A DNA stretch of 62,970 bases from an uncultured delta proteobacterium (GCA_963775425.1 CAVZJB010000015.1:1-62970), one strand, 5' to 3'. Shown: positions 45,484-56,197, numbered from the stretch's first letter. Notes: a model not told the origin generated them from the letters alone. Numbers and translations are program-made.

Positions 45484-46338
45484 CTACGCGGCGGCGCGCG
45501 CGGCGTCGACGGCGGCGGGCTCTCCCGAGAGGGTGAGGATGGCCCGGCGCACCTCGGCCATGAGCGCCTCGACGGTCTTTCCCTGCGTGTCGATGGGCGC
45601 GCCGAAGTGCACGGTGCAGGTGCCGTCGTAGCGCACGACGAACTGGTCCGGCGGCAGGATGTCGCGCGCGCCGTCGATCCAGGCGGGCACGATGGGGACG
45701 CCGAGGTCGCGGGCGACGTGAAAGCCGCCCTTCTTGAAGGGCGCGAGCCTGCCGTCACGCGAGCGCGTTCCTTCGGGTGAGATCCAGATGGAGACGCCGC
45801 TTTCGAGCTGCTGCTTGGCGAGCTGGAGCTGCGCGATGGCCTTGTCGCGGTTCCTCCTGTCGACGGGGACGAAGCCCGACGCCACGAGCGCCTGCCCCCA
45901 CACCGGCACCTTGGTGAGCTCCTCCTTGAGCACCATGCGCAGGGAGCCCGGCACCGTCCCCATCATGGCGGGGATGTCGATGAGGGAGCCGTGGTTCGAC
46001 ATCACGACGTAGGCGCGCCCCTTCTCGAAGTGGCGGCGCCCGGTCGCCTGAAGGCACGCGTTGCCCGAGCGAAAGATGCGCGTCCAATAGCTCTCGAGCA
46101 GGCGGTCGCCCAACGCGACCGATCCCTTGCCGCGCAGCGCGCGCGAGAGGAACCGCGCGGAGATGTCGAGCGTGTAGAACATGGTCCGAAACACCGGCAT
46201 GCGATCGGCGCGGCGAGGCACGGAGGGCGCGCGGGACGCGGGGAGCACGATCTCGACGTCGCTCATGGGCATACGGTGCGCGCCCTTCGTCACGGGAGTG
46301 TCAGGAAGGGGCAAAAACTCCGTCTGGAAGGGCCTCAT
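45484..46338 (-). CDS. Lysophospholipid acyltransferase (PlsC family)
   Basis: NHGSLID, PVDR, SPEGTRS, PFKKGGF, VPIVP; start uncertain. Confidence 0.93.
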   Translation of the reverse strand: MRPFQTEFLPLPDTPVTKGAHRMPMSDVEIVLPASRAPSVPRRADRMPVFRTMFYTLDISARFLSRALRGKGSVALGDRLLESYWTRIFRSGNACLQATGRRHFEKGRAYVVMSNHGSLIDIPAMMGTVPGSLRMVLKEELTKVPVWGQALVASGFVPVDRRNRDKAIAQLQLAKQQLESGVSIWISPEGTRSRDGRLAPFKKGGFHVARDLGVPIVPAWIDGARDILPPDQFVVRYDGTCTVHFGAPIDTQGKTVEALMAEVRRAILTLSGEPAAVDAARAAA

Positions 46339-46358
46339 CGCGCCTGCTAAAAAACCGG

Positions 46359-46964
46359 ATGCGCCTCTTTCTCGTCGCCGCTGCCGTCGCGGCGTGCGCG
46401 GCTTGCCCCCAGCCGACGTGCGAGCAAAAGAGCAACCTGCTCGTGAAGGACGCGTGGACGCGGGTCGAGCCCGCCGACGACCCGTTCGCCTCCGACGCCC
46501 CCGCCGGGCTCGTCGAGAAGGACGCCGACGGCCACTACCCCCCCGACGACCCCGGGAGCGACACGCCCCACGACGTCCGCGTCTGCACCGACGCGGAGGT
46601 CTACACCGAGGTGCTCGGGAAGGACGACAGCCTCACCGTCGACACCAACCTGTGCGGCTGGGCCACGGTGGAGCAACCCCTCTCCGCCGACGTCGCGGAG
46701 GGCGACCCCATGTTCGCCCGGGTCTTCTACTTCCAGCAGATCGCGCCCGGCATCGCCGAGGCCCACCTCGAGCTCACCGTCGACGGGAAGCCGTTTTGGA
46801 CCCGCACCATCCCGCTGCCGACGCCCTCGCAGCTCATCGCCGAGGACTTCGACGCCCCCTTCAGCGCCAAGAAGGGCCAGACGTTGATGTGGCACGTCGA
46901 TAACCACGGCGTGAACACGTACAACCTCATCGAGATCTCGAAGAAGACCTGTCCGAAGGGTTGA
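46359..46964 (+). CDS. Hypothetical lipoprotein
   Basis: Hydrophobic leader with CAAC; C-terminal HVDNHG. Confidence 0.75.
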   Translation: MRLFLVAAAVAACAACPQPTCEQKSNLLVKDAWTRVEPADDPFASDAPAGLVEKDADGHYPPDDPGSDTPHDVRVCTDAEVYTEVLGKDDSLTVDTNLCGWATVEQPLSADVAEGDPMFARVFYFQQIAPGIAEAHLELTVDGKPFWTRTIPLPTPSQLIAEDFDAPFSAKKGQTLMWHVDNHGVNTYNLIEISKKTCPKG

Positions 46965-47082
46965 ACCGCCCCGCGTCTGGGCACACGCACACGGCGGCGA
47001 GGCGGCGATCCGCGCGGCCGCTCCCTCCGGTCGCTGATCCGCTTGGCGCCGCGGTGGCATGCGATGTGATCCATATGGCTCC

Positions 47083-48180
47083 ATGGCAAAGCCAAGAAGC
47101 ACCTTCGGCGAGTGGTCCTGGGACATCGGGTCCATCGCCGGCATCACCATTCGTGTTCACCCGACCTTCCTGATCCTCCTGGCGTGGGTCGCGCTCGCGA
47201 GCTTTCTCGCCGGCCACAGCGTGATGGCCGCGCTCAACGGAGCGCTCTTCCTGGTCCTCATCTTCGCCATCGTCGTCGTGCACGAGCTGTCACACGCGCT
47301 CATGGCACGTCGGTTCGGCATCGCCACGCGCGACATCACGCTCCTGCCCATCGGCGGCGTCTCCAGCCTCGAGAGGATCCCGGAGAAGCCCGCCCAGGAG
47401 CTCGCCGTCGCCCTCGCCGGCCCGCTCATCAACGTCGCCCTCGCCCTCGTGTTGTTCGGCATCGACATCCTCCTCGGCGGGCGGCCCTGGGAGGGCGTGA
47501 GCCTCGTCGGGGGCTCCCTGTTGAACCGGCTCGCGTGGGTCAACGTCACCCTCGCGGTCTTCAACCTCATCCCCGCGTTCCCGATGGACGGCGGGCGCGT
47601 GTTGCGCGCGCTCCTGGCGGTGCGCCTGCCTCGCGATCGCGCCACCGACATCGCCGCCGGCGTCGGCCGCGCCCTCGCCGTCGGCTTCGGCCTCGTCGGT
47701 CTGTTCGTGAACCCGCTGCTGCTGTTCATCGCGTGGTTCGTGTGGGTCGGCGCGTCGCACGAGGCGCAGATCGAGCACGCCAAGTCCTTGCTGCACGGGC
47801 TCACGGCGCAAAACGCGATGGTGTCGACGGTGCAGACCTTGTCACCCGACGATCCGATCGCGCGCGCCTTCGCCATCGTGCGCGAGTCCTTCCAGATGGA
47901 CTACCCCGTCGTCGTCCAGGGCGACCACCCCGTGGGTGTCGTCAGCCGCGACGCGCTGTTCGACGCGATGCGCGCCGGCCGCGCGGGTGAGACCGTGAAG
48001 GACGTGATGGAGGAGCCGGTGACCAGCGCGCCGGGCGAGGCGCTCGACGACACGCTGGCCAAGCTCGGCGACACCGGCGCGCACGCCGCCGTCGTCGTCG
48101 ACCACGAGCACCTGCGCGGCATCGTCACGCAGGAGCGCCTCGCGGACTTCCTCGTCTCGCGCACCCGCCACGCGGCCTAG
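47083..48180 (+). CDS. Site-2 protease (M50) with CBS domains
   Basis: HELSH, AGP.IN, FNLIPAFPMDGGR, C-terminal CBS pair. Confidence 0.95.
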   Translation: MAKPRSTFGEWSWDIGSIAGITIRVHPTFLILLAWVALASFLAGHSVMAALNGALFLVLIFAIVVVHELSHALMARRFGIATRDITLLPIGGVSSLERIPEKPAQELAVALAGPLINVALALVLFGIDILLGGRPWEGVSLVGGSLLNRLAWVNVTLAVFNLIPAFPMDGGRVLRALLAVRLPRDRATDIAAGVGRALAVGFGLVGLFVNPLLLFIAWFVWVGASHEAQIEHAKSLLHGLTAQNAMVSTVQTLSPDDPIARAFAIVRESFQMDYPVVVQGDHPVGVVSRDALFDAMRAGRAGETVKDVMEEPVTSAPGEALDDTLAKLGDTGAHAAVVVDHEHLRGIVTQERLADFLVSRTRHAA

Positions 48181-48686
48181 CGCACGAGCTGCATCGACAG
48201 CGGGAACGCGTAGTCCTCGGCCCGCGACGAGGCCATCGCCGCGCGCACGCTGAACACCAGGTCCGCGATGAAGAAGAAGAGGATCACCGGGACCGCCACC
48301 ACCGCGCCCACGCCGAAGGTGACCATCGCGGCGACGACGCAGGCGACGGTCACGAGCAAGCGCGTGATCTGGAAGTTGAGCTGGCCGCGGATGTGTCCCT
48401 TCACGAACTCGTCCTTGTCGTGGAACGCGGCGTAGGCCACCGCGGGCACCACCAGGCTCAACAGGCCGCCCGAGAACACCGCCGCCGCCACCGTGGCCAG
48501 GTGCGTGGCCGTGGCGATGTTCCGGTCCTGCCCCCGGCGCACCGGGAGCACCTCGGGCCGCAGCGCCTCCCTCGGCGCGTCCCTCCGCGCGTCGTTCCGC
48601 GCGTCTCCGGGCGCGCCGGCGTCCGCGCGCAGCTCGCGCTCGGCCATGTCGTTCAGCTCCTGATCCAGCTCCATACTCGTCGTCAT
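48177..48686 (-). CDS. DUF4870-like membrane protein
   Basis: GGAG RBS; D.FV..H....LNFQIT, three TM segments, Y.FPLS ending. Confidence 0.8.
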   Translation of the reverse strand: MTTSMELDQELNDMAERELRADAGAPGDARNDARRDAPREALRPEVLPVRRGQDRNIATATHLATVAAAVFSGGLLSLVVPAVAYAAFHDKDEFVKGHIRGQLNFQITRLLVTVACVVAAMVTFGVGAVVAVPVILFFFIADLVFSVRAAMASSRAEDYAFPLSMQLVR

Positions 48687-48846
48687 CTCTTCGCTCCTGC
48701 GTCTGTCTGACCCGAACAAGCTACGCAGCCGCCCGTTACAAGTCCGGCCCCTCGTTTCCACCGCCGGCAGATCGTTCGCGGCGAGCGTGCGTTTGTCACC
48801 GAGCCGCGCGGCCGCATCGCATAGGGTCCGCGCCGGGAGAACGCTC

Positions 48847-50883
48847 ATGCTGCTGCTTGGCTTGCTGATGGCGGGGACGGTGGGGGCGTCGTCGGGGCCC
48901 GACCTCGACGACAAGGCCACGCCGGTCCCGCTTCCCATCACGGCGGTGACGGTGTTTTCGGACCGGGCGCGGGTGACCCGCTCGGGCCCGGTGCGCTTCG
49001 GTGGCGCCGGCGTCCGCGCGCTGCGCGCGCCGGACCTCCCAGGCGCGGCGATGGCGGACACGCTGCGGGTGACCGCGCAGGGCGCGCGGGTGGTGCGCGT
49101 GGAGACGCACCCGGTGGAGCGTGAGCGCGCCTCCATCGATCAGGTCGACGGGTGGCTCGCCGACCTCGAGAAGGCCGCCGACAAGATCGCGCTCGCGCAG
49201 GGCAGGCTCGCCGACGCGCGGGCCGAGCTGCAGATGTTGTCGGGGCTGCAGGCGGCGCCGCCGGTGGCGGAGAAGGATCGGCTCGGCAAGCCGCCGCCGC
49301 CGCTGGCGCCCGACGCGTGGCGCGGCTTGCAGGACCACCTAGCGGCGCGACGGGAAAAGGCGCGCGCGGCGGAGAAGGCGGCGGAGCTCGACCTGCGCGA
49401 TCGCGAGGCCGAGTACGAGCAGGCCAGGACAGAGGTGCAAAAGCGCGACATCGGCGCCTTCAGCGACAAGAAGCTCGAGGTGCTCGTCATCGTCGACGCG
49501 CAGAAGAGCGACGGCGCGCTCACCGTCGAGTACGCCATGCCGGGTGCCTTGTGGCGGCCCGCGTACGATCTCTCCTTCGATCCCGACGCCGGCACCGTCG
49601 AGCTCAAGGCAGCGGGCCTGGTCAGCCAGGCCACCGGTGAGGACTGGGTGAACGCCAAGCTCGCGCTGTCCACCGCCATCCCCGGCCTCGGCATCGCGCT
49701 GCCGCAGCTCGACACGTGGACGCTCGGCGACGACCGCGAGTTCGTCCCCGTGCCGTCGGCCAAGCGGCCGCCGCGCACGCAGCGGCCGTTTCAGCCGCCC
49801 GCCGCCAGGCCGCGCGTGGCGGAGCTGTTCAAGGCCGCGGACCGGCAGGTGCTCGCGCAGCGCACGCAGCTCTTGGCGTCGTTGTTGTCGTCGGGGGTGC
49901 CGCCGGCCTCCGTCGTCGACGTCAGCGCGCTTGGCGAGGTCGGCGGCGACGTCGGGAGCGCCGAGGGCTACGGAGCCTCGGGCGTGATCCGCGCGCCGTC
50001 GCGGCCGATGCCGGCGGCGAAGGCGCCGATGCCCGCGCCGCCGCCCGCAGCGCCCGACGAGGACTACGGCGGCTCCGTGGACATCACCGAGGAGACGGCC
50101 GCGCCGTCCATGCTCGACAAGGCGTCGGCTGCGGTCGGCGGGCTGTTCGACGGCACGTCCGCCTCGCACCGCGGGCAGACGAGGACGCGGTCGTTGGCGA
50201 TCACCGCCGAGGACATCCCCACGCGGCAGGTGTTCTCGGACCCGACGCTCCCCGCGGTGAGCGCCGGCGGCTTCGACTACGTCTACGAGGCGCCGCTGCC
50301 GGCCTCGGTGCCGTCGCAGGCGGACCAGTTGCGCGTGCCGCTGGCCACGCGCCGCTACACCGTCACCACGTTTTACGAGGCCACGCCGTCGCTCGCGCCG
50401 ACGGCGTACCTCAAGGCGGTGGTGAAAAACGGCAGCCGGCTGCCCATCCTCACCGGGCCCGCCAACATCTTCGTGAAACACACCTTCGCCGGTGACGCGC
50501 TCCTCGCCACCACCGGCCCCGGCGGCGTCCTCGAGCTCCCGCTCGGGGCCGACGAGGACATCCGGCTCACACACACGGTGGTGCCGTCGACGAAGACGCA
50601 AGGCTTTCTGTTCGGCAAGGAGGACGTCACCGACTACGCCGTCACCATCGACGTGGGCAACTACAAAAAGAAGGCGGTCACCGTCCGCGTCGTCGATCAG
50701 ATCCCGAAGACCAACGCGGAGAAGATCAAGGTGGAGCTGGTGAGCGCGTCGCCGCAGCCGGTGGAGAAGCCCAACGGCGAGGGCGTCCTGTACTGGCACG
50801 TCGACGTCCCGGCGGGGAAGACCAAGAAGGTGACGTTCACCTATCGCATCACGCGGCCCAAGGACTGGAGGCTCAGCCAATGA
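48847..50883 (+). CDS. DUF4140/DUF4139 (MuiA-like) secreted protein
   Basis: VTVFSDRARVTR, WRPAYDL, QATGEDW, LPLGADE. Confidence 0.88.
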   Translation: MLLLGLLMAGTVGASSGPDLDDKATPVPLPITAVTVFSDRARVTRSGPVRFGGAGVRALRAPDLPGAAMADTLRVTAQGARVVRVETHPVERERASIDQVDGWLADLEKAADKIALAQGRLADARAELQMLSGLQAAPPVAEKDRLGKPPPPLAPDAWRGLQDHLAARREKARAAEKAAELDLRDREAEYEQARTEVQKRDIGAFSDKKLEVLVIVDAQKSDGALTVEYAMPGALWRPAYDLSFDPDAGTVELKAAGLVSQATGEDWVNAKLALSTAIPGLGIALPQLDTWTLGDDREFVPVPSAKRPPRTQRPFQPPAARPRVAELFKAADRQVLAQRTQLLASLLSSGVPPASVVDVSALGEVGGDVGSAEGYGASGVIRAPSRPMPAAKAPMPAPPPAAPDEDYGGSVDITEETAAPSMLDKASAAVGGLFDGTSASHRGQTRTRSLAITAEDIPTRQVFSDPTLPAVSAGGFDYVYEAPLPASVPSQADQLRVPLATRRYTVTTFYEATPSLAPTAYLKAVVKNGSRLPILTGPANIFVKHTFAGDALLATTGPGGVLELPLGADEDIRLTHTVVPSTKTQGFLFGKEDVTDYAVTIDVGNYKKKAVTVRVVDQIPKTNAEKIKVELVSASPQPVEKPNGEGVLYWHVDVPAGKTKKVTFTYRITRPKDWRLSQ

Positions 50884-52556
50884 TCAAAGCGAGCACGTCC
50901 AAAACGGCGGGCAAGCCACCGCGCGGCGCCGGCGTCGTCGGGCCCGTGGCGCAGGCTGCGCTCCTCGTCGTGCTTTGCGCCGTCCCTGCGGCGGCCGCGG
51001 CGGACAACGACACGGGCAAGGTCGATCGCGTGGTGGTGTTCTCCGATCGCGCCGAGGTCACACGCGCGACGACGGTGGCGTGCAGCGGCGGTGCCGCCAG
51101 CGCCGTCTTCTCCGGCCTCCCCGAGAGCATCGATCCACGCACGTTGCGCGGTGACGCCGACGGGAGCGCCGTCGCCGTCGGCGTCTCCAGCAGCCGGGTG
51201 GCGCTCGCGGAGGCGCGCGACGAGCACGTGCGCGAGCTCGACAAAGACGTCCGTGACCTCGATGATCGGCTCGCGGCGCTCGCGCGCGCGCAGGTCGACG
51301 ACAACGAGCGCTCGAGCACCATGCAGAGCTACGGCACCTACTTTCGCGCGCTCGCGGTCGAGGACATGCGCAACCCCAAGCCGGACGCGGGCCGCTGGGA
51401 CACCATGCTCGACGCGCTCGCCGCGGACCGCGCGTCGATCGTGCACAAGAGCGTGGCGCGCGCCGCCGAGCAGCGCGAGCTGGAGCGCAAGCGCGAGCGG
51501 CTCTCGGCGCGGCTCGCGCGGCTCACGCCGGCGTCGTCTCCGTCGACCTTGCAGGCGACGGTCTCCGTGCGCTGCGGCGCCGCGAGCCAGGCGCGCGTAC
51601 GCCTGAGCTACGTGGTGCCCGGCGCCACCTGGACACCCGAGTACGACCTGCGCTTCACGGGCCCCGCGCATCGAAAGACCGGCGAGGGCAAGGCGATCAT
51701 CACCGTCGCCGGCGTCGTCACGCAGTCCACCGGCGAGGACTGGAGCGACGCCGAGGTGTGGCTGAGCACCGCGCGCCCGAACCTCGGCGGGGAGGCGCCG
51801 CTGCCGAACCCCATCTGGGTGAACGGTCACGAAGAGGAGAAGGAGAAGACGCTGGTGCAGGCGCAGGAGCACCGCGCCGAGGACCTCAAGGCGGGCGGGA
51901 AGGCGTCGGGGGCGGCGCGGCAGGTGCAGCTCGAGGACGGCGGCAAGAGCTTCGTGTTGAAGATCCCGCGACGGGTCACGGTGCACGCCGACGGCAGGCC
52001 GTATTGGTTCCCCGTCGACGACGTCACCACCGGCGCGCGCTCGGCGCTCGTGGTGGAGCCCACGCTCTCGCTGTACGCCTACCAGGTGGCGTCGTTTTCG
52101 AACCCGGCGCCGTACCCGCTGATGGCCGGGCGCGTCCACGTGTTCCGCGGGGCCACCTACGTGGGCGACGTCGACACCGAGTACCGCGCGCCGGGCGAGC
52201 CCATGGAGATCTCGCTCGGCCTCGACGAGGAGATCGCCGTCGAGCGCCAGGACCTGTTGAAGCAGAAGCGGGAGGCGGGCTTCTTCTCCGGCAAGCAGAG
52301 CATCGCGCACGCCTACCGCACCATCCTGCACAACCGCAGCACCGACGACGTCACGGTCGAGGTGCGCGAGCAAATCCCGGTGTCCAAGTCCGAGGACATC
52401 ACCGTGAAGCTCGACGACGACAAGACCGCGCGCGGCTACTCGCTCGACAAGCTCCGCGGCCACCTCACGTGGAAGGTGCCGCTCAAGCGCGGCGCGAGCG
52501 ACAAGCGCGACATCGCTTTCACCATCGCGCTGCCCAGGGATTGGACGCTTCAGTAG
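50880..52556 (+). CDS. DUF4140/DUF4139 (MuiA-like) secreted protein, paralog
   Basis: VVVFSDRAEVTR, WTPEYDL, QSTGEDW, ISLGLDE; ATGA overlap. Confidence 0.88.
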   Translation: MIKASTSKTAGKPPRGAGVVGPVAQAALLVVLCAVPAAAAADNDTGKVDRVVVFSDRAEVTRATTVACSGGAASAVFSGLPESIDPRTLRGDADGSAVAVGVSSSRVALAEARDEHVRELDKDVRDLDDRLAALARAQVDDNERSSTMQSYGTYFRALAVEDMRNPKPDAGRWDTMLDALAADRASIVHKSVARAAEQRELERKRERLSARLARLTPASSPSTLQATVSVRCGAASQARVRLSYVVPGATWTPEYDLRFTGPAHRKTGEGKAIITVAGVVTQSTGEDWSDAEVWLSTARPNLGGEAPLPNPIWVNGHEEEKEKTLVQAQEHRAEDLKAGGKASGAARQVQLEDGGKSFVLKIPRRVTVHADGRPYWFPVDDVTTGARSALVVEPTLSLYAYQVASFSNPAPYPLMAGRVHVFRGATYVGDVDTEYRAPGEPMEISLGLDEEIAVERQDLLKQKREAGFFSGKQSIAHAYRTILHNRSTDDVTVEVREQIPVSKSEDITVKLDDDKTARGYSLDKLRGHLTWKVPLKRGASDKRDIAFTIALPRDWTLQ

Positions 52557-52569
52557 CCGGCCCGGCGCT

Positions 52570-52995
52570 TCACGGCGCGGACAAAAGCGCGAGCAGCGCG
52601 CCCGCGCCGATGAGCACGAGCATCGACAGCGCGACCCCAAAGACCGCGCGCGGGTTCTGCAGGCGGACGAAGTCGCCGTTGACGACGACGTCGTCGTCGA
52701 TGGTGACGGTGACGGGGAAGCCGCGGCCCGAGGTGCCCGCGCCCCACGCGAGCTCCACGCCGTGGTCGACGCCGTCGTTGCGGAACCGCTCGCGCACGCT
52801 GCCCGTGATCTTGCGCTGGCCGCCGGTGTGCAGGACGACGACGCCGTCCACCTCCACGGTGATGTCGGCGGCGGTGTAGAGCGTGCGCGGCAACAGCCGC
52901 GCCTGCACGCGCACCATGTGCCCGCGCCAGCGCGTGCCGATCGCCGTGGGGTCGACGTCGAGGTGCGCGGAGACGGGGGCGGCGGGGGCGGTCAC
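52570..52995 (-). CDS. Hypothetical membrane-anchored protein
   Basis: Beta-rich ORF with C-terminal hydrophobic helix; start inferred. Confidence 0.6.
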   Translation of the reverse strand: MTAPAAPVSAHLDVDPTAIGTRWRGHMVRVQARLLPRTLYTAADITVEVDGVVVLHTGGQRKITGSVRERFRNDGVDHGVELAWGAGTSGRGFPVTVTIDDDVVVNGDFVRLQNPRAVFGVALSMLVLIGAGALLALLSAP

Positions 52996-53033
52996 GGTGC
53001 GAGCATATCGTGGCGTCGGAGCGGCCAGCGACG

Positions 53034-53837
53034 TCAGCCGAAGTGAAACGCGGACACGCGCGCGCCGAGCATGGAGCCGCTCCACGCGAGCCGCCCGGCG
53101 TCGTCGCCCGCGGCGCCGGCGCACACCATGAGCGGCAGCAGGTGCTCCTCGCGCGGATGGGACAGGCGCGCGGCAGGTGCGCGCTCCCAGTCGACGAGCC
53201 GCGCGTCGCGCTCGCGCGGCGCGGCGGTCGCGGCGTCGACGAGCCAGGCGTCGAACCCGGCGGAGACGGCGCGCGCGCGGGGGTCGCCGAAGGCGCGCAT
53301 GTTGTGGAAGCTCATGCCGCTGCCGACGATGAGGACGCCCTGGTCGCGCAGCGGCGCGAGGGCCTCGCCGAGCGCCAGGTGGGTGGCCGGATCGAGGCCC
53401 TGCACGAGCGAGAGCTGCACCGTGGGGACGTCGGCGCGGGGGTACGAGAGCTTGAGCGGGATGAAGGTGCCGTGATCGAAGCCGCGCGCGTCGTCGGTGC
53501 CGGCCTCGATGCCGGCGCCGGCGAGCACGTCGACGACGTGGGCGGCGAGCGCGGGATCTCCCGGTGCGGGCCAGGTGATGGCGTACGCCTCGGGGGGAAA
53601 GCCGGAGTAGTCGTAGAGGATGGGCGGGTGCGCCGCCGTCATCACCGTCGGCCGCGGCTCCTCCCAATGCGCGGACACCACGAGGAGCGCGCGCGGCTTC
53701 TCGTCGCCGAGGAGGGCCGCGTCGAGGCCGCGGAGGTATCCGGCGAGGCTGTCGACCTCGCGCTTGTCCATGCCGAGGTCGACGAAGGGCCAGGGCCCGC
53801 CACCGTGGGGGATGAAAGCGACCGGCATCCGGCTCAT
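53034..53837 (-). CDS. DODA/LigB-type extradiol dioxygenase
   Basis: FIPHGGGP, VSAHW, YDYSGFP, GFDHG, GSGMSFHN, HPREEHLLPL. Confidence 0.95.
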   Translation of the reverse strand: MSRMPVAFIPHGGGPWPFVDLGMDKREVDSLAGYLRGLDAALLGDEKPRALLVVSAHWEEPRPTVMTAAHPPILYDYSGFPPEAYAITWPAPGDPALAAHVVDVLAGAGIEAGTDDARGFDHGTFIPLKLSYPRADVPTVQLSLVQGLDPATHLALGEALAPLRDQGVLIVGSGMSFHNMRAFGDPRARAVSAGFDAWLVDAATAAPRERDARLVDWERAPAARLSHPREEHLLPLMVCAGAAGDDAGRLAWSGSMLGARVSAFHFG

Positions 53838-53896
53838 CGACGCTTTGTAACGTTTCGAGCGAGGCGCGGCGCGGCGGGCGCGCTAGATTCTCTAGC

Positions 53897-54352
53897 GTGC
53901 CCGCGCTGCCTGCGCCCTTCGACGGCCCGCCGTCGCTCACGGATCCGAGCGGGAAGCTGAAGGTGTGGCTGACGGCGCCCGCGGGGATGGTGGACCAGCT
54001 CAGCGACGGCTGCACGTACACCGCGGCCATGGCGCACTGGCTCGTCGGCCCCGCCACCGACGCCATGCTCGCGCTCGGGGCACGCACCGGCGTCGAGCGC
54101 TTCCGCTTCGTCCACGATTGGCGCGGCGTCGCCAGCTACGAGAGCGACGCGCGCATCGCGGTCATCAACTGGGGCCGCACCCTCGGGCGCGGGCGCATCG
54201 AACGCATCGCCATCCTGATCGCGCCGGACTCGGGCACGCTGTTCCGGATGGCCGTGCACGCGGGCACGACGGCGATGGCCGTCCTCGGCATCCACTGTAC
54301 GATCGAAGAGGACATCGGCGCGGCGCTCGTCGGCTTGAAGCCCGCGGCATAG
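53897..54352 (+). CDS. Hypothetical protein (STAS/SEC14-like possible)
   Basis: FVHDW....SYESDAR motif; size; divergent position. Confidence 0.6.
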   Translation: MPALPAPFDGPPSLTDPSGKLKVWLTAPAGMVDQLSDGCTYTAAMAHWLVGPATDAMLALGARTGVERFRFVHDWRGVASYESDARIAVINWGRTLGRGRIERIAILIAPDSGTLFRMAVHAGTTAMAVLGIHCTIEEDIGAALVGLKPAA

Positions 54353-54386
54353 GGCGACGGCGCCGGCGGCCCGCTCGCATCGGGGC

Positions 54387-55484
54387 TCAGCGCGGCGCGT
54401 GCCGCAGGCGGGGCTCCTTCTCGGGCATCGGGATGCGCGCGCGGGCGACGTCGAAGCGCAGCGGCTGTCCGTCGCGGAGGACGTCGAGGCGAACGGAGTC
54501 GTCGGCGTCGCCGAGGATCAGCTCCTGGGTCTCGTGGACGTCGAGCTGACGCACGGAGGCGCCGTCGACGTCGGTGATGACGTCGCCGACGTGCAGCACC
54601 GCGGCGGCGGGCGTGTCCGGGAAGAGCTTGGCCACGAACGGAAGCTGGCCGTCCTTGCCGCCGCCGAGCGCGAACCCGGTGCCGACGTACTCCTCGCTGG
54701 GGCCGCCGTCGACGAGGGCGTCGAGCTCGACGTCGAGCTCCTCGTCGCGGCTGTGATCGCCGCGGACGCCGCCGACGTCGAGCGCGCGATAGCCGCGCGC
54801 GCTCACGTGTACCCGGAAGCGCGCGTCCGGCAGCGAGAGCAGCTCGTAGTGCCCGTCGTCGCCGGTGGTGTCGCCGTCGCAGCCGCGGCACGTCACGCGC
54901 GCGCCCGCGACCGGCTCGCCGGTCTGCGCGTCGCGCACGACGCCCCGCAGGGCGATGGACGCGTCGAGGACCACACGCACGGAGGTGGTCTCGCCCGCTC
55001 GCGCTCGTGCGCGCGCGTAGCCGCTGTCGCGGTAGCGCTCGGCGCTGACGAGGTAGATGAAGACGCCCGGGGGGACGTCGACGGTGACGCGGCCGTCGCG
55101 GTCGTCGACCCGGCGCGTGAGCGAGCCGCGGCGGTCGAACCCCTTCGGCGGCGGGCTGTGCCGGTCCCAATCGGCGGCGCGCATGAACAGCTCGTACGAC
55201 GGGAGCGGCGCGCCGCTTCGGTCGACGACGGTGAGCTCGATGCGCGCGTCGTCGTCGCCGGCCGCCTGGGCGGGCGGGGGCGCGGCGGGCAGGGGCGGCG
55301 GCGCCGCCGGCGGCACGGGGGCGGCGGGCACCGGCGCCTTCACGGGTGCACGGACGGGGGCGCGCTCGACGACAGCGCGGACGTCGTCGCCGGTGTCGTC
55401 GTCGGCGCGGCTGCGGCTCCACCACAAAAAGGCGGCGGCGGCGGCGACGATCGCGATGAGCACGGCCACGACGCGAGCACGCAT
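54387..55484 (-). CDS. Membrane-anchored carboxypeptidase-regulatory-like + PDZ domain protein
   Basis: N-terminal TM, Pro linker, GVVRDA.TGEPVAGA, YVGTGF...PAA..LHVGDVITDVDG. Confidence 0.85.
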   Translation of the reverse strand: MRARVVAVLIAIVAAAAAFLWWSRSRADDDTGDDVRAVVERAPVRAPVKAPVPAAPVPPAAPPPLPAAPPPAQAAGDDDARIELTVVDRSGAPLPSYELFMRAADWDRHSPPPKGFDRRGSLTRRVDDRDGRVTVDVPPGVFIYLVSAERYRDSGYARARARAGETTSVRVVLDASIALRGVVRDAQTGEPVAGARVTCRGCDGDTTGDDGHYELLSLPDARFRVHVSARGYRALDVGGVRGDHSRDEELDVELDALVDGGPSEEYVGTGFALGGGKDGQLPFVAKLFPDTPAAAVLHVGDVITDVDGASVRQLDVHETQELILGDADDSVRLDVLRDGQPLRFDVARARIPMPEKEPRLRHAPR

Positions 55485-55570
55485 GGCGGGAGTCTGACGA
55501 CGGGGGCGGGCGAGCTCAAGCCCCGGCCGTCGTCGTTGCGCGGGGGGCGCGCCCACACTATCCGGCGGGC

Positions 55571-56197
55571 GTGGCGCTCGCGCTCCCCGGTTGGTTCTGC
55601 GAACCGCTCCCCGCGCTCCGCGAGGGCCTTCCGTCGGCGGCGCCGCTAATATTCCACGAGCGCCGCTTCATGACGGGCCGCCGCTTCGCGGAGGTCCACG
55701 GCGCGGCGTGGCAACAGCTCGGCGCGAGCAGGCGCTTCTTCGACGAGCTCAAGGCGCACTGGAGGTCACTCGGCGCCGACGAGCTCGCGGGCGGCGCGAT
55801 CTTCCGGTCGGCGTCGGGCGCCGGGTGGTCGATCAAGGTCTTCTCGGGCGGCGGCGAGGTGCGCGCCTTCTGCGTCTTCGACAGCACCGACGCCGACTGC
55901 CGCGCCGGCATCCGCGGCGTGATCGATCGGCACTGCCCCGTCTACGATCCGCTGCTCCAGCTCGCCGACGAGCGCGGCGACGCCGTGGAGCTGCACCGCG
56001 CGGTGTCGACGAGCGGCGAGACCGCCGGCCTCCTCTTCGCAGAGCACGTCGACGAAAGCGACGTCGCGGCCGTCCTCAGCGCCATGGGCTTCGCGCAGGA
56101 CGGCGACGACCGCTGGCGTGCCCCGGATCAGCCGGCGGTGCTCCTCGTGTGGCGCGTCGCCGATCGTGTCCAGGTGACGATCAACCCGGCGCGCTGA
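55571..56197 (+). CDS. Hypothetical protein
   Basis: 208-aa ORF with host-like codon pattern filling the gap. Confidence 0.6.
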   Translation: MALALPGWFCEPLPALREGLPSAAPLIFHERRFMTGRRFAEVHGAAWQQLGASRRFFDELKAHWRSLGADELAGGAIFRSASGAGWSIKVFSGGGEVRAFCVFDSTDADCRAGIRGVIDRHCPVYDPLLQLADERGDAVELHRAVSTSGETAGLLFAEHVDESDVAAVLSAMGFAQDGDDRWRAPDQPAVLLVWRVADRVQVTINPAR

